NCBI GenBank assembly: GCA_038063055.1
Contig: JBBTVY010000005.1
Location: 2,444-66,443 of the forward strand
Direction: 5' to 3'
Source: Patescibacteria group bacterium
Lineage (GTDB): Bacteria > Patescibacteriota > Minisyncoccia > UBA6257 > 2-01-FULL-56-20
DNA length: 64,000 bases
The position numbers and the translations under genes were made by a program. Below the pieces are notes generated by a model. The model ran no database searches. It saw nothing but the letters and a program-made list of their open reading frames with translations, and was not told the origin of the DNA. Positions 19,215-30,804 of this stretch are shown here, in pieces (within the stretch, counting starts at the first letter, position 1; every line of letters starts with the position of its first letter).

Positions 19215-19454
19215 TTATTCAAAAGGGTTTTTATAAATTGTATCAAAGGGATTTTTTTGTTCTTTGAAGGGATTAGTATCCGGCACCTGACCCTGAAGTT
19301 GGTTTTGTGTCTTGTCAAAAATTTCGCTCCCCAGCGAAGGAACTCCTTCCGAAGACGGGGCTTGCTTACTCTTTGACCAATACCAAAAACCGACCCCGCC
19401 GACCGCGAGAACCAATACAGCGACAACAATAGAGATGAGTTTCTTATTACCCAC
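19215..19454 (-). CDS. Small single-TM membrane protein
   Basis: 'LISIVVAVLVLAVGGVGFWYW' TM; abuts the start of the large protein. Confidence 0.4.
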   Translation of the reverse strand: MGNKKLISIVVAVLVLAVGGVGFWYWSKSKQAPSSEGVPSLGSEIFDKTQNQLQGQVPDTNPFKEQKNPFDTIYKNPFE

Positions 19455-19662
19455 AGTTATTATTTTATTATATTTTAATTATACCTTATTATACCTTATA
19501 CCAAAATTATCGACGCGAGAGGCACAACCCAAACTTGGAGGCCCGCTAATAACGATTTTATCGAGAGGCCGAATAGCCCTGAAAACGCTCAATAAACGCT
19601 CAATAAACCGATTTATTTCACCGACTTGACAGACCGCTGATTTCGGCCTACCGTTAAAACAT

Positions 19663-20904
19663 ATGAAAAAAATACTTTTCCTTACTCTTATTGCGGTCAT
19701 CGCGCTGGTTTCCGTAAGCGCGGTCTTGGTCGCCTCAAGCGCCAGCGACCGTTTACCCGGGCAGGTGCTCGTCAAATTTAAAGAAGGTACGCCCGCGCAT
19801 ACAGTTGAAGCGGTTATTAATTCCGGCAGAGGAAAAATTGCCGATAGAATCGAAGCGCTCGGCGTTTTGGTGGTAAGCGTTCCGGCGGCTCAAGAAGAGA
19901 GAGTCGTCGCCGCGCTTTCCCGCAATCCGCACGTTGAGTACGCGGAGTTGGATTATCTCGCCTTCGCCGTGCTTACTCCAAACGACCCATCTTTTGCGCC
20001 GAATCAGTGGGGATTGGAAAACACGGGACAGAGTATAGGAGGACAGGAGGGTTCGGTGGATGCTGATATTGATGCTCCCACTGCCTGGAATACGACTCTG
20101 GGTAGCAGTAGCGTGCGGATAGCCATTCTCGATTCCGGTATTGACCAAGACCATGAGGACCTCTCCGCTAAAATTGTTGTTCATCGGAATTTTACGACTT
20201 CTACCACAACTGACGACCTCTACGGTCATGGCACTCATGTAGGAGGAATAGCGGCGGCTATAACCAATAATGGAATTGGAGTTGCCGGGGGCTGTCCGAA
20301 TTGCGTTTTAATGAACGGGAAGGTGCTGGGCGATAACGGCTCCGGAGCATACTCGTGGATAACCAATGGAATCATCTGGGTGGCTGACAACGGCGCCAAA
20401 GTGATTAACTTGAGCCTCGGCGGAACCTCTCCTTCCAAGACACTGGAGAGAGCGGTGAATTATGCCTGGAACAAGGGCGTGGTGGTAGTGGCAGCGGCAG
20501 GAAACTGCGGCTGCAGGCAGAAAATTTATCCCGCCGCATATAAGAACGTGATTGCGGTTGCCGCAACCAACAATCTGGATAAAAAAGCGTCTTTCTCGAG
20601 TTATGACGCGCGCTGGGTGGATATAGCGGCGCCCGGAGAAAACATCTTCTCGACTTTTCCGAACCACGCATTTTACATCCAGACACTATACGGCCGCTCC
20701 CAGAACTACGATTTTGCGAACGGGACCTCCATGGCTTCCCCAATGACTGCCGCCGCAGCCGCGCTTGTTTGGTCAACCCCTTACGGGACATCGGCCGCGG
20801 CAGTGCGGTCGCGCTTGGAACAAACAGCCGACAAGATTGGCGGCACCGGAACATATTGGTTCTCGGGACGGGTCAACGCCGGCGCGGCGGTTGCGCCTCA
20901 ATAA
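19663..20904 (+). CDS. Subtilisin-like serine protease (S8) with signal peptide and propeptide
   Basis: Asp/His/Ser triad motifs 'DSGIDQDHEDL', 'HGTHVGGIAAA' and 'GTSMASP'. Confidence 0.85.
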   Translation: MKKILFLTLIAVIALVSVSAVLVASSASDRLPGQVLVKFKEGTPAHTVEAVINSGRGKIADRIEALGVLVVSVPAAQEERVVAALSRNPHVEYAELDYLAFAVLTPNDPSFAPNQWGLENTGQSIGGQEGSVDADIDAPTAWNTTLGSSSVRIAILDSGIDQDHEDLSAKIVVHRNFTTSTTTDDLYGHGTHVGGIAAAITNNGIGVAGGCPNCVLMNGKVLGDNGSGAYSWITNGIIWVADNGAKVINLSLGGTSPSKTLERAVNYAWNKGVVVVAAAGNCGCRQKIYPAAYKNVIAVAATNNLDKKASFSSYDARWVDIAAPGENIFSTFPNHAFYIQTLYGRSQNYDFANGTSMASPMTAAAAALVWSTPYGTSAAAVRSRLEQTADKIGGTGTYWFSGRVNAGAAVAPQ

Positions 20905-20926
20905 GCCGACTAAACGCTGATTTCCA

Positions 20927-20965
20927 AAACAAATAGCGCCTAACGGCGCTATTTGTTTTTATTTT
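20927..20965. terminator. Bidirectional rho-independent terminator between convergent genes
   Basis: 'aaacaaatagcgcc taac ggcgctatttgttttt'. Confidence 0.65.
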
Positions 20966-20995
20966 TCCGGCCGCAGATAACTCGCTCCTTTGAAT

Positions 20996-22258
20996 TTACC
21001 TTCTCCTCCATTTCGGGGGATTGAATCGGCGCTGTTGCGGGCGTCCCTGGTATCGGCTGAAACTGGAACCGGGACGGCCGCGGCCCGGAACGGGACGCCT
21101 TGCCCCGGCGTAAGACGGAGCGGAAGATGTCATCATTCGCGCCGGAGGAAGTTCGGGAAGTTTTGAAAGCGGCAGGACGGAACGGATAAGGCGCTCAATG
21201 TCGCGGACGTCGCCTTTCTGGCTGGGCATGGCGAATGAAATTGCGTGACCGGCGCCGCCCGCGCGCGCGGTCCGCCCGATGCGATGGACGTAATCTTCCG
21301 AGCTTTGCGGAAGGTCGTAATTAAGAACGAGTTCTATTCCCTTCACGTCTATGCCTCTCGCGGCAATGTCGGTCGCGACAAGAATGCGGTATTTGCCGTT
21401 GCGAAATCCTTCAAGCGCCTCTTTCCGCTGTCCGAGCGAGCGATTGGAGTGCAATTCGGCGGATGAATATCCGAGTGAGCGGATTCCGGCGGCAAGTTTT
21501 TTGGCTCCGTGTTTAGTTCGGGAAAAAACGAGCGCCGAACCGCGGTATTCCCCCAATATTTTTTCCAAAAGCCGCGACTTGTCATGTTTCTCCACAAAGA
21601 AAAGTTCCTGGGTGACTTTCTCGACAGTAGTGCCGGAAGGAGCGATTTCTATTCGCACGGGGAGTTTCATGTAACCCCTCGCTATCGCGACGATTGCCTG
21701 GGGCATCGTCGCCGAAAAAAGCATTGTCTGCCGTTCGCGGGGAAGAACGTTCAATATCCGTTTCAGTTGCGGAGCGAAACCCATATCGAGCATCCGGTCG
21801 GCTTCATCGAGCACGAGAATGGCCACCGACTTCAAAGAAACCGTCTTTTGTTCCATATGGTCGATGATTCTTCCCGGCGTTCCGATAACGATTTGCGGAT
21901 TTTTGCGGAGCGCTTGAATCTGGCGGCCGATTGGTTCGCCGCCTATCAAAACCGCGGCCCTTACCCCGAGAGTCGTTCCAACTTTATGAAAAACATCGTG
22001 TACTTGAAGGGCAAGTTCCCGGGTCGGCAGGATAACAAGTCCCTGCTTCCCGCTAAGAGCCATCTGAAGCATGGGTACTCCGAAAGCCAGGGTTTTTCCG
22101 GTTCCCGTTTGCGCGACGCCTATGAGGTCTTTCCCTTCGATTGCCGGAGGAATCGATTTTTCCTGAATAGGGGTGGGAATCTTAAAGTGAAGGCGGTCGA
22201 GCACCCCCAAAATATTCGGCGCGATGCCCAGATTATGGAAACCGGAATGTTGGTTCAT
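20996..22258 (-). CDS. DEAD-box ATP-dependent RNA helicase with Arg-rich C-terminal tail
   Basis: 'AQTGTGKT', 'DEAD', 'SAT', 'HRIGRTARAG'. Confidence 0.85.
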   Translation of the reverse strand: MNQHSGFHNLGIAPNILGVLDRLHFKIPTPIQEKSIPPAIEGKDLIGVAQTGTGKTLAFGVPMLQMALSGKQGLVILPTRELALQVHDVFHKVGTTLGVRAAVLIGGEPIGRQIQALRKNPQIVIGTPGRIIDHMEQKTVSLKSVAILVLDEADRMLDMGFAPQLKRILNVLPRERQTMLFSATMPQAIVAIARGYMKLPVRIEIAPSGTTVEKVTQELFFVEKHDKSRLLEKILGEYRGSALVFSRTKHGAKKLAAGIRSLGYSSAELHSNRSLGQRKEALEGFRNGKYRILVATDIAARGIDVKGIELVLNYDLPQSSEDYVHRIGRTARAGGAGHAISFAMPSQKGDVRDIERLIRSVLPLSKLPELPPARMMTSSAPSYAGARRPVPGRGRPGSSFSRYQGRPQQRRFNPPKWRRR

Positions 22259-22345
22259 ATTATGAATACCATAACATAAAATCCCCGACCGAAAATAATG
22301 TCAGAAATCAGAACGCAAAAAAGTTTCATCGTGACAATTCCATAA

Positions 22346-23362
22346 TTATAGAATTTTTATTTGGGACAAAGAAACATACTGGTTGATGAGTAAAATGCCG
22401 ACAACAAGAAGAAGAATTAGAAGTCCATTCATTATAAGGCGCGCGTGCTGAACTTCTATTTTTACGAATATATTAAGCGCAAGGGCGATAATGGTGAGGA
22501 GTCCGGCCGCATAAAATAGGTAATTTAAAGTTTTTCTCGGAGATGCCGTAATTGATTCTATGCTTCCCGTCTTATCCGAAACGCCCGCTATGGTTCCGGG
22601 CCTTGAAACCGAAGAAGAATCAGCCGCAACTTCATCTCCTTTTACGGCAACAAACCCCGCGGAACCGGAAGTACCGGCAACTGTTTCATCTTTTATGATT
22701 GAAAGCTGGGCAGGATAACCGGCAGCCGATGTCTGTTTTATTCCCGGCAACGGCGCTTCGGCGGCATAGGACTTTGCCGGTCTGCCGAAAAACTGCACAA
22801 CAAAATTTGCCTCCCGTCCCTTATAGATTCCCTTAGCGGCGGCAACGCCTATTTCGGTAAAATTGACGCTTAAAACATTTTCCCTGTGCGACGGCGAACT
22901 CATCCACGCGTTTACCACGTCGCTTGAATCAATGAAATTAACCGCCAAATTTTCCCCGGCGTAAGAAAACTTGTAGCCGACATCCGCGAACCAATACCAT
23001 GGCGCAACGCCGTCAGGACTTGTATGCGCGAAATACCCTTTTTCGGCCATATCTTTGACCTTTTCCATCGCAGCCGCATCAAGGAGAGAATTTCTTTTAA
23101 GCGAAGTTAGATTATAAAGCTCCCTGCTTGTATTTGTTTCATCGACAATCGCGCCGGGCATTATAAGCCCAAAAAATCTCGAATCCGGGAGAATAAAAAA
23201 CGCGCCCAGCAAAAACATGATTTCCGCGCCGGCAAGGATAATTGCCAGAAAAAGCACCGATTTGCTTCTCAAAATATGCGGTTGGTCGTCGTTTTCCTCA
23301 TGAGGAATGAAATATTTTTTGAACCAGGCGAACACGTCCGCATTATACAATACAACAAACAA
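22346..23362 (-). CDS. Membrane-anchored CAP (SCP/PR-1-like) domain protein
   Basis: N- and C-terminal TM segments. 'HTSPDG...GENLA...WMSSPSHRENVL' CAP-domain signature. Confidence 0.6.
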   Translation of the reverse strand: MFVVLYNADVFAWFKKYFIPHEENDDQPHILRSKSVLFLAIILAGAEIMFLLGAFFILPDSRFFGLIMPGAIVDETNTSRELYNLTSLKRNSLLDAAAMEKVKDMAEKGYFAHTSPDGVAPWYWFADVGYKFSYAGENLAVNFIDSSDVVNAWMSSPSHRENVLSVNFTEIGVAAAKGIYKGREANFVVQFFGRPAKSYAAEAPLPGIKQTSAAGYPAQLSIIKDETVAGTSGSAGFVAVKGDEVAADSSSVSRPGTIAGVSDKTGSIESITASPRKTLNYLFYAAGLLTIIALALNIFVKIEVQHARLIMNGLLILLLVVGILLINQYVSLSQIKIL

Positions 23363-23433
23363 AAATTCAACCCCGTGTATTTCCGGGGCTGAATCGAGGT
23401 TTTCGCGCCGCTGTCTTTCGGGACTCCCGTTTT

Positions 23434-26400
23434 TTATCCGGGAACTTGAGACCTAAGAATTTCGGACAATTGCTGCAACAGGCCGAGAAGCTTGACTTGT
23501 AGCGCCAAAACTTGGGCGTTGAGAGCTTCTCGGCTGGCCGAGGTCGTGCTGGCTCCGGCAACCTGACTGCCGTTCAGTCGCGCTCGGGTAAGCGGGCCGA
23601 CAAATCCAGTAGCGGAAATGCCGTATTTTTGCTGATAGGCCTTTACTCCTTTTTCGGTCAGCGGGCCGAAGTATCCCGTAACTCCTCCGGAATAAATTCC
23701 CTCTTCCGCGAGCCGTTTTTGAAGCTCCTCGACATCTGAACCGCGCGAGCCGACTTTAAGGTTTTGAGTGAACTGGAAGACAGAAACTCCGAGTACTTGT
23801 CCGGATGGCAAGGCGGAAGCAGGAACTGGAGTTGGGGCTTCTTGCGTCTGGATAAAACCACCGCCTCCGCCTCCTCCAGTGCCGCCACCGCCGCTATTGG
23901 CCGGAGGACCGCCTACCACCGGTCCTTGAGTGTATGTAGTGAAACTGGTGAAGTGCTTGGTCCAAATTACCAGGTCGGAACCAACGTCAATCTTGCAGTC
24001 CCCCGCCGTTCCAAGCTGGGCATCAACCGCCGCTTGGTTGTCCGCATCGCAAACGGTGGTTATGTTCGTGAACGCGCCACCGCGGGAATAACCCGCATAT
24101 TTGCCCGCCTGTCCCGCTATAAGAATTCTCACGGCTTTGCTAAAGAGCAATTCGGTGTCCCCATAACCAATTTCTATAACCGAGGATACATCAGCGGTGT
24201 TGCCGGGCAGAGGTACGGGGTTTACGCTTGAATTTGCTTTGACCTGCGGAAGGTTCACGATGCCTGTCCATTCGGAACCGCTCGGCGCAGTGATAGTCGT
24301 ACCGGACGAAATGGCTACACTGACATTCCCCACAGTTGTATCGGAATTCACGGTAATGGCAACTGGAAGAGTTGCCGAATCGCCGCTTTGAAGCGCGGCA
24401 ACATTGAGAGTTGCGTCATTAACATCTTCCGGCACCGTGATTGTTGAGTCGCCGACAACAGAACCGTCCACAACGGCTTCCGTAAAAGTTACATCGAGAG
24501 TCGTGCTGGGAGCAAGAATTACTTGGTCTTCTAAGAGAACATTAACAGTCACCGTATGCGTTCCCACCACCAAATTGTCAGCGGTATCCACCAGTTCGTA
24601 TGTAATGGTGTAGGAGCCGGCCGGTGCGTTGGAGTTGAATTTGATTTTGTCTGCGTTGGTGAAGACGTCGTTTGTAACCAATGAAAATCCGATATCGGTA
24701 GTGCAAGTATTGGGATCATCATGACCGCTCGGGAGTACCGCATCGCAGGAGCCGGTAGCGACTAAATCATTGCCAACTGCCGCAAGCGGATAATGATATG
24801 CGTCGGTTAAGGAATCAGTTTGATCTTTCCAACCGACTTCATCCAAGTCCACCATGTCGGCGGTAAGAGCCGATGGCCCGTTAACCGTCACTTTCCATTT
24901 GATGGTTTCGGGGTCTCCAGTTCCAATCGCAGGGCCGGTATAAGTTGTGGCGCGGCCGATGTATGCGTCACTGCCACGGGCAAGAGTTGAACCGATTTGA
25001 GGAGAAAAATCCACGTTGACATCAGCTGGGTCAGCGAGAGTGATGACAGAGGTAATAACCTCAACCGTTACCACATGCGTTCCCACCACCGAATTGTCAG
25101 CGGTATCCACCAGTTCGTATGTAATGGTGTAGGAGCCGGCCGGTGCGTTGGAGTTGAATTTGATTTTGTCTGCGTTGGTGAAGACGTCGTTCGCATCAAG
25201 CGAGAAGCCAACCAGAGTGGCGCAACCATTGTCGTGCAAGTCGGCGACATCGCAAGAGCCAGTTACGATAAGATTGACGCCCACTTGTGTAAATGGATAA
25301 TGGAATGTGCTCGCGACTATTCCGGCGCCGTCAGGGTCATTGAACCCGACTTCGTCTAAATCCACCATGTTCGGTGTAAGAACCCCAGGCCCGCTAACCG
25401 TCACTTTCCATTTGATGGAGTCAGTGTCTGCTCCGAGAACAGGGCCTGTGTAGGTCGTGGCGCGGCCGATGTATGCGTCACTGCCACGGGCAAGAGTGGT
25501 GTCGATTTGAGGAATGAAAATTTCACTGACTACAGTCGGATTCGCAATGGTGATGATGGCGGGATAAACAACTTCAATCGTTGCAGCGGTAAGTTCGTTG
25601 GAAACTGGACCGCTACCATTTGCATATACTAATTGGCGTTTAATTGTGTAAGTGCCGAGAGGCGCTAAGTTCGTAAATCTTATTCTATCTACATTGGTAA
25701 AATTATCATTAAGGTCAACCCCAAAGGAATCTACTGCTCCTCCTCCATGATCAGGTGTAGATTCAGAACCTTGCGCTACTAAAGTGCCGCTTCCCGTAAA
25801 TGGGTAATGGAAAGTTTCAATATTAGTGGTAACTAAATCTTTCCAACCAATCTCGTCTAAATCCACCATGCTGGAGACGAATCCCGCTGGACCTTCTATT
25901 GTAATTTTCCATTGAACACCTGGAATGATTTCAGCAAAACTTGAAACTGAATTAATGCTATAATAAGCATTTATGTTTTGAGCTAAGGGACTTTCAAGCG
26001 CCGGTTCAAATGTTGTAGCGTTAATTGTAAGATCATCAGGACTCGGTCGTGTTAGGGTAACTTCTCCCGTAACGTTCACATTTACGACGTAGGCATTACT
26101 TAATACAAAATCTGGGTCTGGAGATGTATTTACAAGTTCGTAGGTAATAATGTAATTACCCAGCGAAGCATTGGAATTGAATTTAATTTTGTCGGCGTTG
26201 GTGAAGACATCGTTTTCATCAAGCGAGAAGCCAATATCGGTCGCGCAATCGGTATGGTCGGTCATATCAACCGTATCGTCGCAGGAGCCGGTGGCAACAA
26301 GACTGCCATCCTCTTGTTCCATAAATGGATAATGGAATACATCGGTTGGGGCGGAGGAATCGGTTTGGTCAGTCCAACCAACCTCGTCCAAATCCACCAT

Positions 26401-27105
26401 GTCAGAGGTGAGAGCGGAAGGCCCGTTAACCGTCACTTTCCATTTGATGGAATCGGTCTCTGCTCCAAGAACAGGACCTATGTAGTTCGTGGTGCGGCCG
26501 AGATACGCTTCACTGCCCCGGGCAAGAGTGGTGTCGATTTGAGGAATGAAATCTTCATTGACATCAGCTGGATCGGCGGAAGCGATGGAGGCAACATACC
26601 CCTTTGTAGGTGTAGAAGTTATAGACCAAGAAGTGCCGTCGAAGACCGCGGACTGAACTACAGATGGCGCGGAAACGTCTACCCCGGGATCACTGCCGTA
26701 GCTAACGCTGTGAATGGGAGTGTCAGTGTCATCAAATATAGTAATCGTTTCCGTATCGGGAGTATTATTCAGCCAGCCGGAGGCGTGCTCAAAAACGACA
26801 ATGCCATTCGCTGGGATAGTGCCGAGGTCGGAAAGTAATTGAGGATTAGCTAAATCCTGAATAGTCCATCCAGTCAAATCAACCGGACTTGCGGTTGTAT
26901 TCAATAACTCCACCCATTCCGGGTCAGAAGCCGATGAAAATTCATTGATAACGACATCGCCATCGCCGGGGCTTACGGCAAAAACAGGCGTGTAAAAAAA
27001 GCCGCTCATTGCCACCAATGCCACGGCTGTAAAAATTAAAGCCGACTTTTTAATCTTGCTACCCCCCACTAATACGACACGAAACGCAGATTCAATCTGG
27101 TTCAT
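23434..27105 (-). CDS. Giant (1223 aa) cell-surface protein: signal peptide, lamin-tail domain, four ~175-aa tandem repeats, Gly-rich linker, PG_binding_1 domain, C-terminal coiled coil
   Basis: 'VVINEFSSASDPEWVELLNTTASPVDLTGWTIQD' is LTD-like. Repeats begin 'DFIPQIDTTLARGS.AY.GR'. 'GYFGPLTEKGVKAYQQKYGISATGFVGPLTRARL' is a peptidoglycan-binding domain. Confidence 0.7.
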   Translation of the reverse strand: MNQIESAFRVVLVGGSKIKKSALIFTAVALVAMSGFFYTPVFAVSPGDGDVVINEFSSASDPEWVELLNTTASPVDLTGWTIQDLANPQLLSDLGTIPANGIVVFEHASGWLNNTPDTETITIFDDTDTPIHSVSYGSDPGVDVSAPSVVQSAVFDGTSWSITSTPTKGYVASIASADPADVNEDFIPQIDTTLARGSEAYLGRTTNYIGPVLGAETDSIKWKVTVNGPSALTSDMVDLDEVGWTDQTDSSAPTDVFHYPFMEQEDGSLVATGSCDDTVDMTDHTDCATDIGFSLDENDVFTNADKIKFNSNASLGNYIITYELVNTSPDPDFVLSNAYVVNVNVTGEVTLTRPSPDDLTINATTFEPALESPLAQNINAYYSINSVSSFAEIIPGVQWKITIEGPAGFVSSMVDLDEIGWKDLVTTNIETFHYPFTGSGTLVAQGSESTPDHGGGAVDSFGVDLNDNFTNVDRIRFTNLAPLGTYTIKRQLVYANGSGPVSNELTAATIEVVYPAIITIANPTVVSEIFIPQIDTTLARGSDAYIGRATTYTGPVLGADTDSIKWKVTVSGPGVLTPNMVDLDEVGFNDPDGAGIVASTFHYPFTQVGVNLIVTGSCDVADLHDNGCATLVGFSLDANDVFTNADKIKFNSNAPAGSYTITYELVDTADNSVVGTHVVTVEVITSVITLADPADVNVDFSPQIGSTLARGSDAYIGRATTYTGPAIGTGDPETIKWKVTVNGPSALTADMVDLDEVGWKDQTDSLTDAYHYPLAAVGNDLVATGSCDAVLPSGHDDPNTCTTDIGFSLVTNDVFTNADKIKFNSNAPAGSYTITYELVDTADNLVVGTHTVTVNVLLEDQVILAPSTTLDVTFTEAVVDGSVVGDSTITVPEDVNDATLNVAALQSGDSATLPVAITVNSDTTVGNVSVAISSGTTITAPSGSEWTGIVNLPQVKANSSVNPVPLPGNTADVSSVIEIGYGDTELLFSKAVRILIAGQAGKYAGYSRGGAFTNITTVCDADNQAAVDAQLGTAGDCKIDVGSDLVIWTKHFTSFTTYTQGPVVGGPPANSGGGGTGGGGGGGFIQTQEAPTPVPASALPSGQVLGVSVFQFTQNLKVGSRGSDVEELQKRLAEEGIYSGGVTGYFGPLTEKGVKAYQQKYGISATGFVGPLTRARLNGSQVAGASTTSASREALNAQVLALQVKLLGLLQQLSEILRSQVPG
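24400..26560. repeat. Four tandem ~530-bp coding repeats inside the giant surface-protein gene
   Basis: Near-identical stretches, e.g. 'gtgaagacgtcgtt...ggtgtaggagccggccggtgcgttggagttgaatttgattttgtctgcgttggtgaagacgtcgtt', recur around 24600 and 25130 and more diverged around 26170. Confidence 0.7.
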
Positions 27106-27290
27106 ATAAATTTACTTATGGTTTATTATTGGCCTTTGCGTGAGAATACCCCCCCTAAAAGCCTGTCAAGGGAAAAGTGGTATAAGGGGTGTATAATTTG
27201 TGCATTAGTAAAACGCTTTTGAGATTCTGACAATAGGACTGATAGCGCAACAATACCTAATTTAAAATCCAATTTGGTATAATATTACGG

Positions 27291-27755
27291 ATGGTTAAAA
27301 AAGATATTATTATCGCTGCGGCGGCGATTGTCATCGTCGGAGCCGGCTGGCTGTTTTATTCCGGCCAGCGGCAGTTTGTTCAACAGGCAATAACCCAGCA
27401 AACGACGGATGTGTCGGCAAGTGCCGCGCAAGCTAAAAACTTAATAATAGGCCAGTTTAACGTAGCGATGGTGACTTATACCGATAAAGGCTTTTCGCCT
27501 TCGGTCGCTACGATACCAAAAGGAGGGGTGGTTATCTTCGGGAATTTTTCTTCAAAAAATCTGCGAATGGCTTCAAATCCGCACCCCTCGCACGAAGGAT
27601 ATCCGACCACGAACGGCTGCGTCGGAAGCACATTCGATTCATGTAGCAACATTCCTCCAAAAGTTTCCTGGTCGTTTATTTTCAACGTTACCGGCGCCTG
27701 GGGTTATCACAATCATTTAAATCCGGGCATGAGCGGGATAGTTGTGGTTGAATAG
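27291..27755 (+). CDS. Membrane-anchored cupredoxin-like domain protein (possibly degenerate copper site)
   Basis: N-terminal TM; 'FSPSVATIPKGGVVIFGNFS...NPHPSH' and C-terminal 'YHNHLNPGMSGIVVV' resemble a plastocyanin-like fold. Confidence 0.4.
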   Translation: MVKKDIIIAAAAIVIVGAGWLFYSGQRQFVQQAITQQTTDVSASAAQAKNLIIGQFNVAMVTYTDKGFSPSVATIPKGGVVIFGNFSSKNLRMASNPHPSHEGYPTTNGCVGSTFDSCSNIPPKVSWSFIFNVTGAWGYHNHLNPGMSGIVVVE

Positions 27756-27782
27756 CTGATTTTTAAAATTTTTGCGGCAAAG

Positions 27783-27815
27783 AAAAACGTTCCGACATCA
27801 GTCGGAACGTTTTTC
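27783..27815. terminator. Bidirectional rho-independent terminator
   Basis: 'aaaaacgttccgac atcag tcggaacgttttt'. Confidence 0.65.
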
Positions 27816-27838
27816 ACAATCAAGCTTGTTTATCCTGA

Positions 27839-28285
27839 TTAGCGCGTAATCGAAATGCTCTGTCCGAGTTCGGCCGCCGGCGCGTCAACAGTCACGCGGC
27901 TGGTGCTGCTGGACACAAAAACATTATAGCCCGCGTCGTAATCAGTAACGCTCGTCCAGTGGGCTCCGCTGGCCGACGGGTCGAAAGGCATGCTTGGCAA
28001 GTACGTTGGAACCAGACACCCGGCAATGTCATAAGTGCTTGTGGACATCTTAGTCGTGCTTGACGGAAGCGATCCGGCTGAGCACGTGAAAATTCCCCTG
28101 TTGTCGGCCATATTCTGCCCAATGCCGTTAAGTATGGCGAGAACGTTGGCCTGTCTTTGCGTGTTCCTGGCCTGGGCGAACTGTCTTGCCGGGTTCAAGG
28201 CAACGATAACTATCGCGGCCAGAATGGCGATAATTCCGATTACGACGAGAAGCTCTATCAAAGTAAAACCTTTTCTTGAATTCAT
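27839..28285 (-). CDS. Type IV pilin (candidate major pilin)
   Basis: Class III signal 'MNSRKG|FTLIELLVVIGIIAILAAIVIVALNPA'; internal start at 28285 preferred over the listed 28357. Confidence 0.7.
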   Translation of the reverse strand: MNSRKGFTLIELLVVIGIIAILAAIVIVALNPARQFAQARNTQRQANVLAILNGIGQNMADNRGIFTCSAGSLPSSTTKMSTSTYDIAGCLVPTYLPSMPFDPSASGAHWTSVTDYDAGYNVFVSSSTSRVTVDAPAAELGQSISITR

Positions 28286-28369
28286 AAAATTATCGAAATC
28301 TTTTGCGACCTTTTTATTAAGTGAATTATAACAAAAAAGCGGATAATTTTTATCCACAAGCCGCCATTT

Positions 28370-28771
28370 TCAGAAATTCGGCAATTCCTCCCACGATACG
28401 ATGGAAAGAGTGCTGGAATTGACGGCTACGCGAAGATTGGTGAATGAACTTTGAATTTGAGCCTGCGTCGAAATTACCTTCTGGGCCGTGCCGCTCGCGA
28501 CCACGGAAATTATCCGGCATGTGTCGCTCGCGACCGCGATTGTTTCGTTTCCGGAGTAAGAAGGATTCTGGGCGAGATTGAAAAAGGTTTTCTGGACGCA
28601 AGCCCTGGCAAGCGAATAACTCATTTCCTTGAAAGAACCCGTTGAAATGTTCAATCTGGCCAAAAAAGAACCCATGCTGATTACCAAAACAATCACGAAG
28701 AGCATAATGCTGATGAGAATTGCGGCGGTCACGGCGATATAACCTTTTTTGTTTTTTAAAAAATAAATCAC
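28370..28771 (-). CDS. Pilin-like/minor pseudopilin membrane protein
   Basis: N-terminal hydrophobic helix within the pilin operon; lacks the canonical G-F-T-L-I-E motif. Confidence 0.4.
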   Translation of the reverse strand: MIYFLKNKKGYIAVTAAILISIMLFVIVLVISMGSFLARLNISTGSFKEMSYSLARACVQKTFFNLAQNPSYSGNETIAVASDTCRIISVVASGTAQKVISTQAQIQSSFTNLRVAVNSSTLSIVSWEELPNF

Positions 28772-29304
28772 GGCAAGTAGATGGTGTTTTGGAGAGTTGT
28801 CGAAGCTTTTCTGATGTTTTCCGAAGTGGAAGCGACAATTGATATTGAAATCCGGACTGCCTCCGTTTGCGAACCGGACGGCGGAAAATGAGAAAAAAGC
28901 AGCTGGCTTACCGTCACGCTGCCGTTGGTCAGAGAAACAGGGGTTCCTGCGGCGCGGCTCAGCCGCGCCGTTCCCGAATACGCGTCGAACGTCAACGGAT
29001 TTTGCGAAAAGCCGTATTTATTCAAAGTCAAAACAGACGAAGTGGCGCCGACCGCGGGTTGAGAAACGCTTTGCGCGGAAGACAAAGCCCAGGTTATTTT
29101 TCTCATAAGGAAATCCGCTTCCGTCTCGACTTCGCGTCTCGCTCTGTTTTGCGATTCCGAAGAAAGAACCTGATAAAAAATTATTATGGAAAAACCGATT
29201 ACCATTGAGAACAAAGCCGAATAAAGCAAAGTTTCGATAAGAGTAAATCCGGCGGTTGGCGGAAAATTTTTAGCGTAGCCCCGGAGAATCCCGTTTTTTT
29301 TCAT
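28768..29304 (-). CDS. Type IV minor pilin
   Basis: 'PTAG|FTLIETLLYSALFSMVIGF' prepilin signal. Confidence 0.6.
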   Translation of the reverse strand: MKKNGILRGYAKNFPPTAGFTLIETLLYSALFSMVIGFSIIIFYQVLSSESQNRARREVETEADFLMRKITWALSSAQSVSQPAVGATSSVLTLNKYGFSQNPLTFDAYSGTARLSRAAGTPVSLTNGSVTVSQLLFSHFPPSGSQTEAVRISISIVASTSENIRKASTTLQNTIYLP

Positions 29305-29305
29305 T

Positions 29306-30727
<1,422 letters not shown>

Positions 30728-30804
30728 ATTTCCCCTAAATTATAAGACTTTTTTAATATTTTCAAATTCTATTTTCTATTTGCTACTTTCTAGATTCTAG
30801 TTTT

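Noticed and set aside
19214-19429. N-terminal extension of the 1003-aa ORF (start at 19429)
   Set aside because: The extension overlaps the small membrane-protein gene in another frame. A signal peptide begins right after the internal Met at 19213, so the shorter gene is preferred.
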